A DNA stretch of 63,186 nt, filler included, from a bacterium (GTDB lineage: Bacteria > JACRDZ01 > JAQUKH01), in assembly GCA_028719205.1 (NCBI GenBank). It is 3 parts of 3 records of this genome, joined end to end, with 100 filler letters (N's around TTAATTAATTAA, not from the genome) between each part and the next. Parts side by side here need not be neighbours in the genome. Positions count along the whole stretch, not along the records: positions 30,696 to 59,911 come from JAQUKH010000032.1; 2 more parts are not named here. One strand, written 5' to 3'. A model generated the notes under the pieces. It was not told where the DNA came from, did not search any database, and worked only from the letters and a program-made list of their open reading frames with translations. The position numbers were made by a program, and so were the translations under genes. Position 1 is the stretch's first letter, and every line of letters begins with the position of its first letter. Of this stretch, positions 38,064 through 47,505 are shown piece by piece.

Positions 38064-39194
38064 TTAAGGCGCAACTGTGGTATCTGTCAATATTTCCAAT
38101 GAAGGTGTAATTGTAGAAGAAACCATATGCGCGTGGCCATCATCCACCCTGCAATTAATTGTGTAATTAACCGATGGATTTCCATAAACCAGCGAAGCAT
38201 TAATGTGCGGGGCTTTCCAAGTTACAGCCATACCATTTGGGCCTGGCGAAAATATTCCAACCGGTAAACCAGGCATACTCGGTATTGCTTCCCAGACATA
38301 AGTTAAAGGATCACCGTCGCCATCCATAGCGCTTGCTGTAAGAGCTATATCTTCATCAGATTTTATAGAAACATATTTTGATGCCGAGAGGCTGATATTA
38401 TATGGTGGGGTATTGTAACCAGCCGCGCCGCTATTTACATAGACAAAAATATGCCAGGATTCCGCAGTTCCGCCTTTTCCGTCATTCGCGCTGCAAACAA
38501 ATTCATAATTTGGCGGTAATCCGGTACCGACTGGCGCCGTCCAACTGCAGTTTTGGCTGTTAGGGCCGGGATTGCTGAAATTCTGCGGGCCATTTAATAT
38601 TCTCCAGCTATAATTTATCATGTCATAATTAGGGTCGCTCGCGTTAGCGACTAACCTGATCGATCCTCCGGCGATAATTGTTGACGGTTCCGCATGAACA
38701 TCCATAAACATTGGAGGATTATTAGATGGAGGCGGCTGATAATTTCCACCCATAACATTTACATTTATATCTCTTCTATTTTGCCCGCCTTTTGCGTCTT
38801 TGACCATACACCAAATATTCACCGGTGTCCCAAAATTAGGAGCAGTCCATCTGCAATTCTGCGAATTCTTATTATCAAAAAAACCATTACTGGCTGACCA
38901 CTCAAAATAAAATGGCCCATTTTCCATAGGCCCAACCTCTACTCTTACCCCCATACCTGTATTAGGTTGAACAGTCATCATATCAGCAAAAATATTGATC
39001 CATGTGGGATTCATATAATTACCTTGCCCGCCTTGTCCGCCTCCTGTGAATCCCCCTCCTGGAAATCCCCCTCCTGTATTTTGCCCTGTCCCTGTAAGAC
39101 CCTGATCGTTCCCGGGAACACAACTTGGCGCGCCGCAAATAAAAAATACGAAAATAAGCCCCAAGCCAACAAATACTTTAAATTTACAGTTCAT
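38064..39194 (-). CDS. Probable lipoprotein with Gly-rich linker and three Ig/PKD-like repeats
   Basis: Hydrophobic signal ending GAPSC; repeats with YxW...WTAP/WKAP...DGKGG; start may instead be 39254. Confidence 0.65.
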   Translation of the reverse strand: MNCKFKVFVGLGLIFVFFICGAPSCVPGNDQGLTGTGQNTGGGFPGGGFTGGGQGGQGNYMNPTWINIFADMMTVQPNTGMGVRVEVGPMENGPFYFEWSASNGFFDNKNSQNCRWTAPNFGTPVNIWCMVKDAKGGQNRRDINVNVMGGNYQPPPSNNPPMFMDVHAEPSTIIAGGSIRLVANASDPNYDMINYSWRILNGPQNFSNPGPNSQNCSWTAPVGTGLPPNYEFVCSANDGKGGTAESWHIFVYVNSGAAGYNTPPYNISLSASKYVSIKSDEDIALTASAMDGDGDPLTYVWEAIPSMPGLPVGIFSPGPNGMAVTWKAPHINASLVYGNPSVNYTINCRVDDGHAHMVSSTITPSLEILTDTTVAP

Positions 39195-39308
39195 AAAAGC
39201 CTCCTTTTTTATTATTATTTTGTTTTTTGAATTCATATATTTAAATCTCCCCATAAAATCTATTCATACTGTATAAATATGCCAAAACATAATAACAGTC
39301 AATGGCTT

Positions 39309-40550
39309 TTAATGCATAATTTTTTTTAAATATTCGATATAATCAAATTCAGGGCTCTGCTCAAGTGTATGGCATCTTATACAAATACGCCTGCTGACCC
39401 CGATCGGTTCCCTATGAATTTTATCATGCCCTGTTAACATTCTGTGACACTGCTCGCATTGCACACCTGATTCTTCATCTAAACTATAACCTGATGTATG
39501 ACATGACAAGCAGCCAAGAACTCTATCTTTTCCTTCTTTTCTCAAACTCTCAAGCGCCTTGGCATGTCTCGTAGTTTCCCACTGGTTGTATTCTTTTTCA
39601 TGGCACCCCTTGCAATAAATACTACCCAAATATTTACTATTATCTTGAAGCCTTCTTAACTGCTTATTCGCTAAATTATTTTCGAATTCATCGACCATTT
39701 TTTTGATCTCCGGATCATCCATGACAGATTTGTCCATGGTATATAATTTATTCACGGGGCGGAAATCCGGTTTTTTTGACAGGGTTATCCTGCCGACATA
39801 ATGACCTTTTACCCCGGCTTGCACTAATAAAGTTTTTCTTATTTTTAATGCCTCTTCATTTGGCTTAAAATCTAAACCGCCGATAATAAGATCAATACCA
39901 TCCACACTTTCCGCGAGTTTGGCATTCTCGTCAGAAGCTAACCGGCTTAACACAATTATAAAATCCACTTTCCCCTGTAATGCTAAAATATCTTTTTTCA
40001 AAACATCAATTGGCCCCGATATCTCTAAATTTAAATTTGATATATTTTCATCAGGAGAAATATTACTTTCCGCCATTATTCCCAAAACACCCACCCTGAC
40101 ATCATTTTTTACGATTATCAGCGTGCTATTAAAAATATTAGTTTTATCCTGTTTGGAAATAATATTGCTGGAAATAAAAGGGGTGTTTTTAGCTTTTTCT
40201 TTCAGGAACTCAAGGCCTGGGATAAGCTCATTCGCGCCGATATTTACAGCGTCGTAATTCATCTTTTTATAAATATCCAAAACAGCCTGATTCTTTTCCG
40301 CTTCATTAATATGGGAGAATAGGTCACCGGCATCCAGTAAGATAGAACTTTTCGCGTCCGGCCTTATTTCTTTTAGGATCGTACCCCTTCTATTTAATCC
40401 GCCAAAAGGAGCTCCGGGACAACTGCATGGTTGCAAAAAACCATAGGTATTATTCGTATAAATAATTTCTATTTCCTGGCAATAATATGTATCAAAACAT
40501 ATCAAGCTGAATAAAAAAAGAATAAATAAACTTAATTTATATAAACGCAT
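39309..40550 (-). CDS. UshA/5'-nucleotidase-like metallophosphoesterase fused to a tetraheme c554-like cytochrome
   Basis: PCSC..GG, DAGD, GANE, IDLIIGG; CKGCH, CLSCH, CEQCH, CIRCH. Confidence 0.82.
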   Translation of the reverse strand: MRLYKLSLFILFLFSLICFDTYYCQEIEIIYTNNTYGFLQPCSCPGAPFGGLNRRGTILKEIRPDAKSSILLDAGDLFSHINEAEKNQAVLDIYKKMNYDAVNIGANELIPGLEFLKEKAKNTPFISSNIISKQDKTNIFNSTLIIVKNDVRVGVLGIMAESNISPDENISNLNLEISGPIDVLKKDILALQGKVDFIIVLSRLASDENAKLAESVDGIDLIIGGLDFKPNEEALKIRKTLLVQAGVKGHYVGRITLSKKPDFRPVNKLYTMDKSVMDDPEIKKMVDEFENNLANKQLRRLQDNSKYLGSIYCKGCHEKEYNQWETTRHAKALESLRKEGKDRVLGCLSCHTSGYSLDEESGVQCEQCHRMLTGHDKIHREPIGVSRRICIRCHTLEQSPEFDYIEYLKKIMH

Positions 40551-40693
40551 ATGTTCTCTTTATTAACGATATATCTTTTCGGCTGATTGTAAGAAAATAT
40601 TTAACTTTAAAATTATATTTGTAAAATTAAAATTTAGGAGTATCATATGAATTTGCGAACTCTCAAACTCCAAAACTCAATTCGGAGGACATA

Positions 40694-43252
40694 ATGACCA
40701 ATATCGATAAGTTATCCATTATATTGAGCGGCAAAAATCTTGATAAGCCTGGGCCAGCCATGCCGTCAGATGTTCCTATACTGGATAAAAACAGTCATAA
40801 TTTTTTTAAACAGATCCTTGATGAAATTGAAGATATAAAAAGTGAATTTACAAACAGCATTTCCGGCCAAAAAGTAATATCAGACCTTGGAATAAAACTC
40901 ACGTCCGCGAATAACATAAAAGATATTTCCGAAACGATCCTTGATTGCGCTCTGATCCTTACCAAAACACCCGCGGGAAGCATTTCCCTGTACGATGAAA
41001 AAGAAAATACTCTTAATTTGGTCTCCACTAAAGGTTTCAGCCCTGAATTTTCCGAGGTAAAAAAATATCCTGTAAGAACGGGCGGAATGACTGAATATAT
41101 TTTAAAACAAAAAGAACCGATCATAGTCAATAACATTATCAATCAGCCGTCTTTTAATAATCCCATGATGTTAAAAGAAAAAGTAAGCTCTCTGATAGCG
41201 GTAAGCTTATTCTGCGAAGAAAAAATAGTGGGTATTTTATATGTAGATGATTTTGTTCCCAGGAATTTTCTGCCTGAACAGATCGCCCTGCTTTCGCTTT
41301 TGGCCATGCAGGCCGCGTTTGGAATAGAAAAAATAAAACTGCTTACTGAATTAGAAAAGAAAAATCAGGAATTAAGCGAAACTACTGAATACATGAAAGC
41401 CGTACTTGACAATTCCGCTGATATGATCATTACCACTGATTCGCAGGCAAATATAGTTGAATTTAATCCTGCCGGAGAACGCATGCTCGGATTTAAAAAA
41501 GAAGAAGTATACGGAACATCTGTAGAAAAATTTTATCGCCACGCCGAAGAAAGACGGAAGATCATTGAAAAGCTCCAAAAGAAAGAACAAATCGCGAATT
41601 ATGAAACAAAATTGTGGACAAAAAACGGAAAGCTGTTAGACATCTCTTTAAGCCTGTCGCAATTAAAAAATAAAGACGGCAATAGCGTGGGAACTGTCGG
41701 TATCAGCAAGGATATCAGCAAGCAAAAACAGCTTGAGAAAAAGTTGAGGGAAGCAAATAAAGAACTGGAACAAAAAATAAAAGAAGTCCAAAAAATAGAA
41801 CAGATGAAATCTGATTTTTTATCTGTTGTCTCGCATGAATTAAGAACTCCATTAACATCTATTCTTGGTTTCGCGAAAATGATTCAAAGAAGATTTACCA
41901 AGGATATTCTTCCCTATTTAAATACTTCAGAAACAAAAATGGCTGAATCCGTAAACAAAATACAGGAAAACCTTAAGATCATCACTTCAGAGGGAGAACG
42001 GCTGGCGCGCCTTATAAATAATGTACTGGATCTCGCGAAAATTGAAGCGGGAAAAATGGAATGGAAGGTTGAGCCGGCTAAAATGGAGGAAATATGTAAA
42101 ACTGCCATGAACGCTGTTTCCTCCTTGGCAGATCATAAAAAACTTAATATTAAATTTTTACCTGATGAGGACCTGCCTTTGGTAAATGTGGATCAGGACA
42201 GATTGATACAAGTAGTGACAAACCTTTTCAGTAATGCCATTAAGTTCACTAACACGGGTTCTGTTACATGTATTATAAAAAATCTTAAAGATACCTTGGA
42301 AGTCCGGATCAAAGATTCCGGGGTCGGAATTAAACCTGAGGATATCGGAAAATTATTCGAAAAATTTAAGCAGGTCGGAGATGGAGACACTGTCAGCGAT
42401 AAACCTAAAGGGACAGGGTTGGGGCTTACTATTTGCAAAGAAATAATTGAGGCGCTTGGCGGAAAAATCTGGGTTGAGAGCGAATATGGAAAAGGCAGTT
42501 CTTTCATATTCACTTTGCCGGCTATCATTGAAAGCGCTCCATCCAAAGCTAAAAAAACATCTCTAGAATATGCTCCAATAAACATAAGTAAATTCCTTGA
42601 TAAGATCAGCAGAAAAGAAAAAGGCCATCTTATCCTGATCGTCGATGATGAATCGCATATAAGGACTCTGCTTCGGGAAGAACTTGAAGAAGAAGGATAC
42701 AAGATCTTAGAGGCGGCAAACGGTAATGACGCGCTTGTAAGCGCGCGGAAAGAAAAACCCGACCTTATAATATGCGATATATTAATGCCGGGATTAAACG
42801 GATTTGACGTCCTGACACTACTAAAAACTGATGAAAACACTTCAGATATACCCATACTCATCCATTCGATATATGAAGATAAAGAAAAAGGTTATAAACT
42901 GGGCGCGGATAAATACATTACCAAATCAGTCAACACCGAAACGTTAATAAAGTCAGTTTCTGATCTTTTATCCGGCAAAGACAAAAAGACAAGGAATAAA
43001 AAAGTCCTTCTTATTGAAGAAGATAAAGCGATCTCTAAGACCATTCACGATGTTTTAAAATCTAAAGGATATCAGGTTATATTTGCTTACAACAGCAAGG
43101 AAGGATTAGAAAAGGCTAAAATTGAAAGCCCTGATCTGATAATAATCGATGACCTGATATCTAAAGCCAATGGTTATGAGATCTTAAGAACTATACAAAC
43201 GACCAAAGAGACACAAAAATCAAATATAGTTATTCTCACTAGAGATAAATAA
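40694..43252 (+). CDS. Hybrid sensor histidine kinase GAF-PAS-HisKA-HATPase-REC-REC
   Basis: SHELRTPL, NLFSNAIKFT, GTGLGL, ILIVDD..CDILMP. Confidence 0.93.
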   Translation: MTNIDKLSIILSGKNLDKPGPAMPSDVPILDKNSHNFFKQILDEIEDIKSEFTNSISGQKVISDLGIKLTSANNIKDISETILDCALILTKTPAGSISLYDEKENTLNLVSTKGFSPEFSEVKKYPVRTGGMTEYILKQKEPIIVNNIINQPSFNNPMMLKEKVSSLIAVSLFCEEKIVGILYVDDFVPRNFLPEQIALLSLLAMQAAFGIEKIKLLTELEKKNQELSETTEYMKAVLDNSADMIITTDSQANIVEFNPAGERMLGFKKEEVYGTSVEKFYRHAEERRKIIEKLQKKEQIANYETKLWTKNGKLLDISLSLSQLKNKDGNSVGTVGISKDISKQKQLEKKLREANKELEQKIKEVQKIEQMKSDFLSVVSHELRTPLTSILGFAKMIQRRFTKDILPYLNTSETKMAESVNKIQENLKIITSEGERLARLINNVLDLAKIEAGKMEWKVEPAKMEEICKTAMNAVSSLADHKKLNIKFLPDEDLPLVNVDQDRLIQVVTNLFSNAIKFTNTGSVTCIIKNLKDTLEVRIKDSGVGIKPEDIGKLFEKFKQVGDGDTVSDKPKGTGLGLTICKEIIEALGGKIWVESEYGKGSSFIFTLPAIIESAPSKAKKTSLEYAPINISKFLDKISRKEKGHLILIVDDESHIRTLLREELEEEGYKILEAANGNDALVSARKEKPDLIICDILMPGLNGFDVLTLLKTDENTSDIPILIHSIYEDKEKGYKLGADKYITKSVNTETLIKSVSDLLSGKDKKTRNKKVLLIEEDKAISKTIHDVLKSKGYQVIFAYNSKEGLEKAKIESPDLIIIDDLISKANGYEILRTIQTTKETQKSNIVILTRDK

Positions 43253-43277
43253 ATTTCCGGACGAAGGATCCTAATAA

Positions 43278-46229
43278 ATGGAAACCAAAACGCCCCAAAA
43301 GGAAAAGATAAATCTTAGACGGTTACTTCTGGATGAAAAAGAAAATGTAATCATCCTGTTAGAAGAAATCGTAAAATTGCTTTCTTTCGAAAACGAGGTA
43401 TCCTTATATGATAATGAGATGCGTATTATTGCCTCTACTTCCAAGCAACCCGCAGATTCGTTAACCATACCTGTTCATTTGGGCGAAAGTCATGAAATTG
43501 AAAAAGGATTGATCTTTAATTTTACCTATCAGGAAACCCCGGTTGGTTTTATTTTTATTCAAAAAGGCCCGGTCCCAAAAGAAATAATATTTAATCTGGC
43601 CGGCATGGTAAAAAATCTTTTAAATGAAATTATTAAACTGAAACTTGAAAAAAAAGAACTGCTGCAGGAAATCCTTACTAACTACAGAGAAATAAATTTA
43701 TTGTATAAATTCGGCGGGAATATCAGCGCACACCTGGGCATGGATTCGGTCCTCGAAAACGTCCTGATGGAAAGTAAAAATATTATTGCCGCGGATAATT
43801 ATATTATCCAACTCCTGGATAAAAAAACGAATACACTGCAAACAAAAACTTTTTTGGGGGATATATGCCCGTCTTCCGACCAGACGCATCCGGACAGGGT
43901 AATTGCCCGCATGGTATTTAAAACCGGAAATCCACAGATCGTTAACGACATAAAAGAAAAACAAAAAGTTAAAGACTGTGAATGCGGTATAAATTCTGCC
44001 ATAAGCGTTCCATTAAAAACAAACGAAGAAGTTTATGGAGTGTTAACCTTAAGTTCAAGAAAGGAAAATTATTTTAAGGCGCGCGACGAGAAACTTTTAT
44101 TGAGCCTTACATCACAGGCGGCTATCGCGATAGAAAATTATTATCTTGAGCAAATTAACTGGGAGAATAAACGCCAGCTGGCCTTAAAGACAATAATAAA
44201 TGAGGAACAGGAAAAAGAATACAGGGAATATGTAAGCCTGTCATTACAAACAACCGCGTTAGGTAAAATGCCTGCGGATCCTGTTCCGTATCTTATATGC
44301 GGCGAATATGGAGTAGGGAAAAAACTTCTCGCGAGAGAGGTTCACCGCGGAAGCCAGAGAAAAGACGGCCCGTTCATTCCGGTCGACTGCGGAATTTTTT
44401 CTTCATCACCGTTGAGCCATAAGCTGTTGTTCGGATCAAGCCTGGGCTTTAAACAAAAAAAATCAGAAGTTGATTTTAGTTATATGGAATTGGCTGAAGG
44501 AGGAACATTATTCCTGCAGAATGTGGACCGGCTGCCGAAAGAACTTGGTGAAAAATTAAGCAATATTATTCTCACCCAGGATAAAAATAATATAACACTT
44601 TATAAAGACATTAGAATTGCCGCCGAAACATCCGTTTCTCTGGATAAAAAGGTTGAAAAAGGCGAATTTGACCGCGGCCTTTATAAGATCCTGACCCAGA
44701 ATACTATTTTATTGCCTTCTTTAAGGGAAAGAAAAAAAGACATTATTAAGCTGACGGAATATTTCATAAAAAAATATTCCGGGAATCTCGGCAAAAAAAT
44801 AGATGGTATTGACAGTAAGGCTTATGAAAAACTTTTGAATTATCACTATCAGCTCGGCAACATTAAAGAATTGAAACAGATCATCGAACGCGCGTGCATA
44901 TTAACCGAATCAAATATTATTCCGAGCGATTACATATTTTTAGGCGTACCCCCGGCCCAGACGAAATTCTCCTTTAATCTTCTTAATATTAAACCCATTA
45001 ATTATCTGATCAAAAAAGGATTCTTTCCTCATCCTTTTGCTTACGTCAGTTCCCTTTTTGTCCTTCTGATCTATTACTTCGCTTTTTTCGGGAAAAATAA
45101 ATTCACGGAGAACCCCGGCACATTTCTCGCATGGTCGCTCTGGTGGCCCTTCTTTATATTTTCTTTTTTCTTTTTCGGCAGGATCTGGTGCAGCATATGC
45201 CCTATTAATGAATACGGCATTATCTTAAGAAAAATTAAACATTTTAACTTAGAAATACCTTCTTTTATTAAAAATAATACTCATTATTTTATTACGATCG
45301 GATTTTTATTAGTACTCTGGGTTGAAGAAGCTTTTGTGATGCGTTTCTCCGCGTTCCGCACGGGATTGATCATGGGAACAATATTTTCCGCAGCAGCCCT
45401 TACAAACATACTTTTCCAGCGCCATACTTACTGCCGGTATATCTGCCCTCTGGGCTGGTCAGCAGGCTTTTTTTCTTTCTTTTCAATTATTGAATTAAGG
45501 TCAAATCCCAATATCTGCGCTAATAAATGTAAAACTCATGACTGCTTTAAGGGTAATAAAAATATCGAAGGATGCCCCATGTTCCTTCATCCCCAATTTG
45601 TTGACACCAATCTTTTATGTAAACTGTGTATGCGCTGCGTGCGCTTATGCCCTAACGACTCACCGCAGTTAAATTTCAGGCTCCCCGGCTGGGATATCGT
45701 ATCCAATGAACACCTCGGGCATAAAACCTCTCTTTTAATTATCGCCCTCCTTAGTGTTCCTTACTCGATCGTTCTGTTCGAGTCAAAATGGATGCATCAA
45801 TACTATTCGTTTTTTAATTTTACGCTTTTATTCTGGACACTACCTGTAATAATGGGTTTAATTATCTGGGGGTTAAATTATATATTTTTAGGCCCTGATA
45901 AAAAAAATAATATCCATAATTTTTTTGATGTCATAAATGTTTATATCCCTATTGCTTTGGCGGCTCATGTAAGCCTGCAATTAAAATATATCCCGGTATT
46001 TCCGAAAATAAATATCAACGCCAATCTTCTCGGGACAGATAAAATATTTTCTTTTTCGCTTCTTAATCTTTCACAGACAATACTTATTCTGTCAGGGCTT
46101 GTTTTTTCTTATTTGTTCATGTACTTAAGATCGAGCCGTTATAAAGAAAAACATCATGCATTTTATTATATAAGCCATCATATAATTATGTTCGTTTATT
46201 GCTTGTCATTTTTATATTTTCTGATATAA
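43278..46229 (+). CDS. GAF + degenerate sigma54-type AAA+ + membrane 4Fe-4S (NapH/NosR-like) fusion protein
   Basis: GEYGVGKK, GGTLFLQNV, LPSLRERK, GNIKEL; GRIWCSICP, YCRYICP, CKLCMRCVRLCP; many TM helices. Confidence 0.8.
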   Translation: METKTPQKEKINLRRLLLDEKENVIILLEEIVKLLSFENEVSLYDNEMRIIASTSKQPADSLTIPVHLGESHEIEKGLIFNFTYQETPVGFIFIQKGPVPKEIIFNLAGMVKNLLNEIIKLKLEKKELLQEILTNYREINLLYKFGGNISAHLGMDSVLENVLMESKNIIAADNYIIQLLDKKTNTLQTKTFLGDICPSSDQTHPDRVIARMVFKTGNPQIVNDIKEKQKVKDCECGINSAISVPLKTNEEVYGVLTLSSRKENYFKARDEKLLLSLTSQAAIAIENYYLEQINWENKRQLALKTIINEEQEKEYREYVSLSLQTTALGKMPADPVPYLICGEYGVGKKLLAREVHRGSQRKDGPFIPVDCGIFSSSPLSHKLLFGSSLGFKQKKSEVDFSYMELAEGGTLFLQNVDRLPKELGEKLSNIILTQDKNNITLYKDIRIAAETSVSLDKKVEKGEFDRGLYKILTQNTILLPSLRERKKDIIKLTEYFIKKYSGNLGKKIDGIDSKAYEKLLNYHYQLGNIKELKQIIERACILTESNIIPSDYIFLGVPPAQTKFSFNLLNIKPINYLIKKGFFPHPFAYVSSLFVLLIYYFAFFGKNKFTENPGTFLAWSLWWPFFIFSFFFFGRIWCSICPINEYGIILRKIKHFNLEIPSFIKNNTHYFITIGFLLVLWVEEAFVMRFSAFRTGLIMGTIFSAAALTNILFQRHTYCRYICPLGWSAGFFSFFSIIELRSNPNICANKCKTHDCFKGNKNIEGCPMFLHPQFVDTNLLCKLCMRCVRLCPNDSPQLNFRLPGWDIVSNEHLGHKTSLLIIALLSVPYSIVLFESKWMHQYYSFFNFTLLFWTLPVIMGLIIWGLNYIFLGPDKKNNIHNFFDVINVYIPIALAAHVSLQLKYIPVFPKININANLLGTDKIFSFSLLNLSQTILILSGLVFSYLFMYLRSSRYKEKHHAFYYISHHIIMFVYCLSFLYFLI

Positions 46230-46273
46230 TAATAATTCTGTTTGAGGGAGATTTTTATTGAAAGGCCATAATT

Positions 46274-46663
46274 ATGGGAAATAATAAGACTATTCTGATC
46301 GTTGACGATGAACCATACATCCGATCCTTATTGGAAGAAACCCTTGAAGAAATAGGTGATAAAGGTGTTGATATTTTTATCGCGGAAAATGGAGAAAAAG
46401 GTTTGGCATTGGCGTTAGCTCATAAACCGGACCTGATCTTCCTTGATGTAATGATGCCCAAAATGAACGGCTATGAAATGTGCGAGGCTGTTAAGAAAAA
46501 AAATAAAATGGAAAGCACGCATATTATCATGCTCACGGCTAAAGGGCAGGAAATTGACCGCAAAAAAGGAATAGATGTCGGGGCGAATGAATATCTTACA
46601 AAACCTTTCGACCCTGATGAGATCGTAGCAAAAACCGCTAAGATACTCGGGATTGAAATTTAA
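46274..46663 (+). CDS. Single-domain response regulator
   Basis: ILIVDDE, FLDVMMP, MLTA, KPF. Confidence 0.93.
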   Translation: MGNNKTILIVDDEPYIRSLLEETLEEIGDKGVDIFIAENGEKGLALALAHKPDLIFLDVMMPKMNGYEMCEAVKKKNKMESTHIIMLTAKGQEIDRKKGIDVGANEYLTKPFDPDEIVAKTAKILGIEI

Positions 46664-47400
46664 TTTTGAATATTGATCAGATGCGCGATATATCCAGCGC
46701 CAAATCCGTTATCTATATTTACGACAGCCACATTCGACGCGCAGGAATTAAGCATTGTTAAAAGCGGCGCTATCCCGCCGAAATTCGCGCCGTATCCGAC
46801 ACTTGTAGGAACCGCGATGATCGGCTTTCCGACCAGGCCTCCTACTACACTCGGCAATGCCCCGTCCATACCGGCGATAACAACAATAACACGCGATTTT
46901 TCAAGAATATCTCTTTTATCCAGAATTCTGTGTATACCGGCAACACCTACATCATAAATTCCGACTGCCTTGCTCCCCATCACCTGGGCCGTTATCCTTG
47001 CCTCTTCCGCCACGGGAATATCCGAGGTTCCGGCGGTAACTATAGTAACCATCCCTTTATTCCCGTTATTAGGAATATATATTACCCTTCCCGCTTCATT
47101 GTACTGCACTCTTTTGTCGATCTTTTTTACCGCGAGATATACATCACGGGTAGCTCTCGTAGCAAGAAATGTATCTTCTTTTGACAATATCCTTTTAGCG
47201 ATCTCAACAACCTGTTTTTTTGTTTTCCCAAGGCAGAAAATCACCTCAGGAAATCCATGGCGAAGCATACGATGATTGTCCAGTGTAGCGCACCCTAATT
47301 TTTCATAAGGAAGCCCTTTTACTTTTTCGAACGCGTCCGTGACGCTTATTTTTTTCTGTTGAACCTGCTCTAAAAGTTCCAGTAAATTATTTTTTTTCAT
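46660..47400 (-). CDS. larB: Nickel pincer cofactor biosynthesis protein LarB
   Basis: GFPEVIFCLGKT, AGTSDIPVAEEA, DVGVAG, GMDGALPSVV, VPTSVGYG, VNIDNGFGA. Confidence 0.93.
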   Translation of the reverse strand: MKKNNLLELLEQVQQKKISVTDAFEKVKGLPYEKLGCATLDNHRMLRHGFPEVIFCLGKTKKQVVEIAKRILSKEDTFLATRATRDVYLAVKKIDKRVQYNEAGRVIYIPNNGNKGMVTIVTAGTSDIPVAEEARITAQVMGSKAVGIYDVGVAGIHRILDKRDILEKSRVIVVIAGMDGALPSVVGGLVGKPIIAVPTSVGYGANFGGIAPLLTMLNSCASNVAVVNIDNGFGAGYIAHLINIQN

Positions 47401-47428
47401 AAGATCTCATTACCCGTAAACTGTGAAA

Positions 47429-47454
47429 GGGCAGACACAGGGGTCTGCCCCTAC
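47429..47454. repeat. Single GTAG-type REP
   Basis: GGGCAGACACAGGGGTCTGCCCCTAC. Confidence 0.8.
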
Positions 47455-47505
47455 AAAAAACAATTCTTATTATTATACCAGAGATTTGTATAATTTTGAG
47501 TGAAT

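Noticed and set aside
40415-40430. Possible selenocysteine in the CxC motif
   Set aside because: The codons are TGC and TGT, with no in-frame TGA
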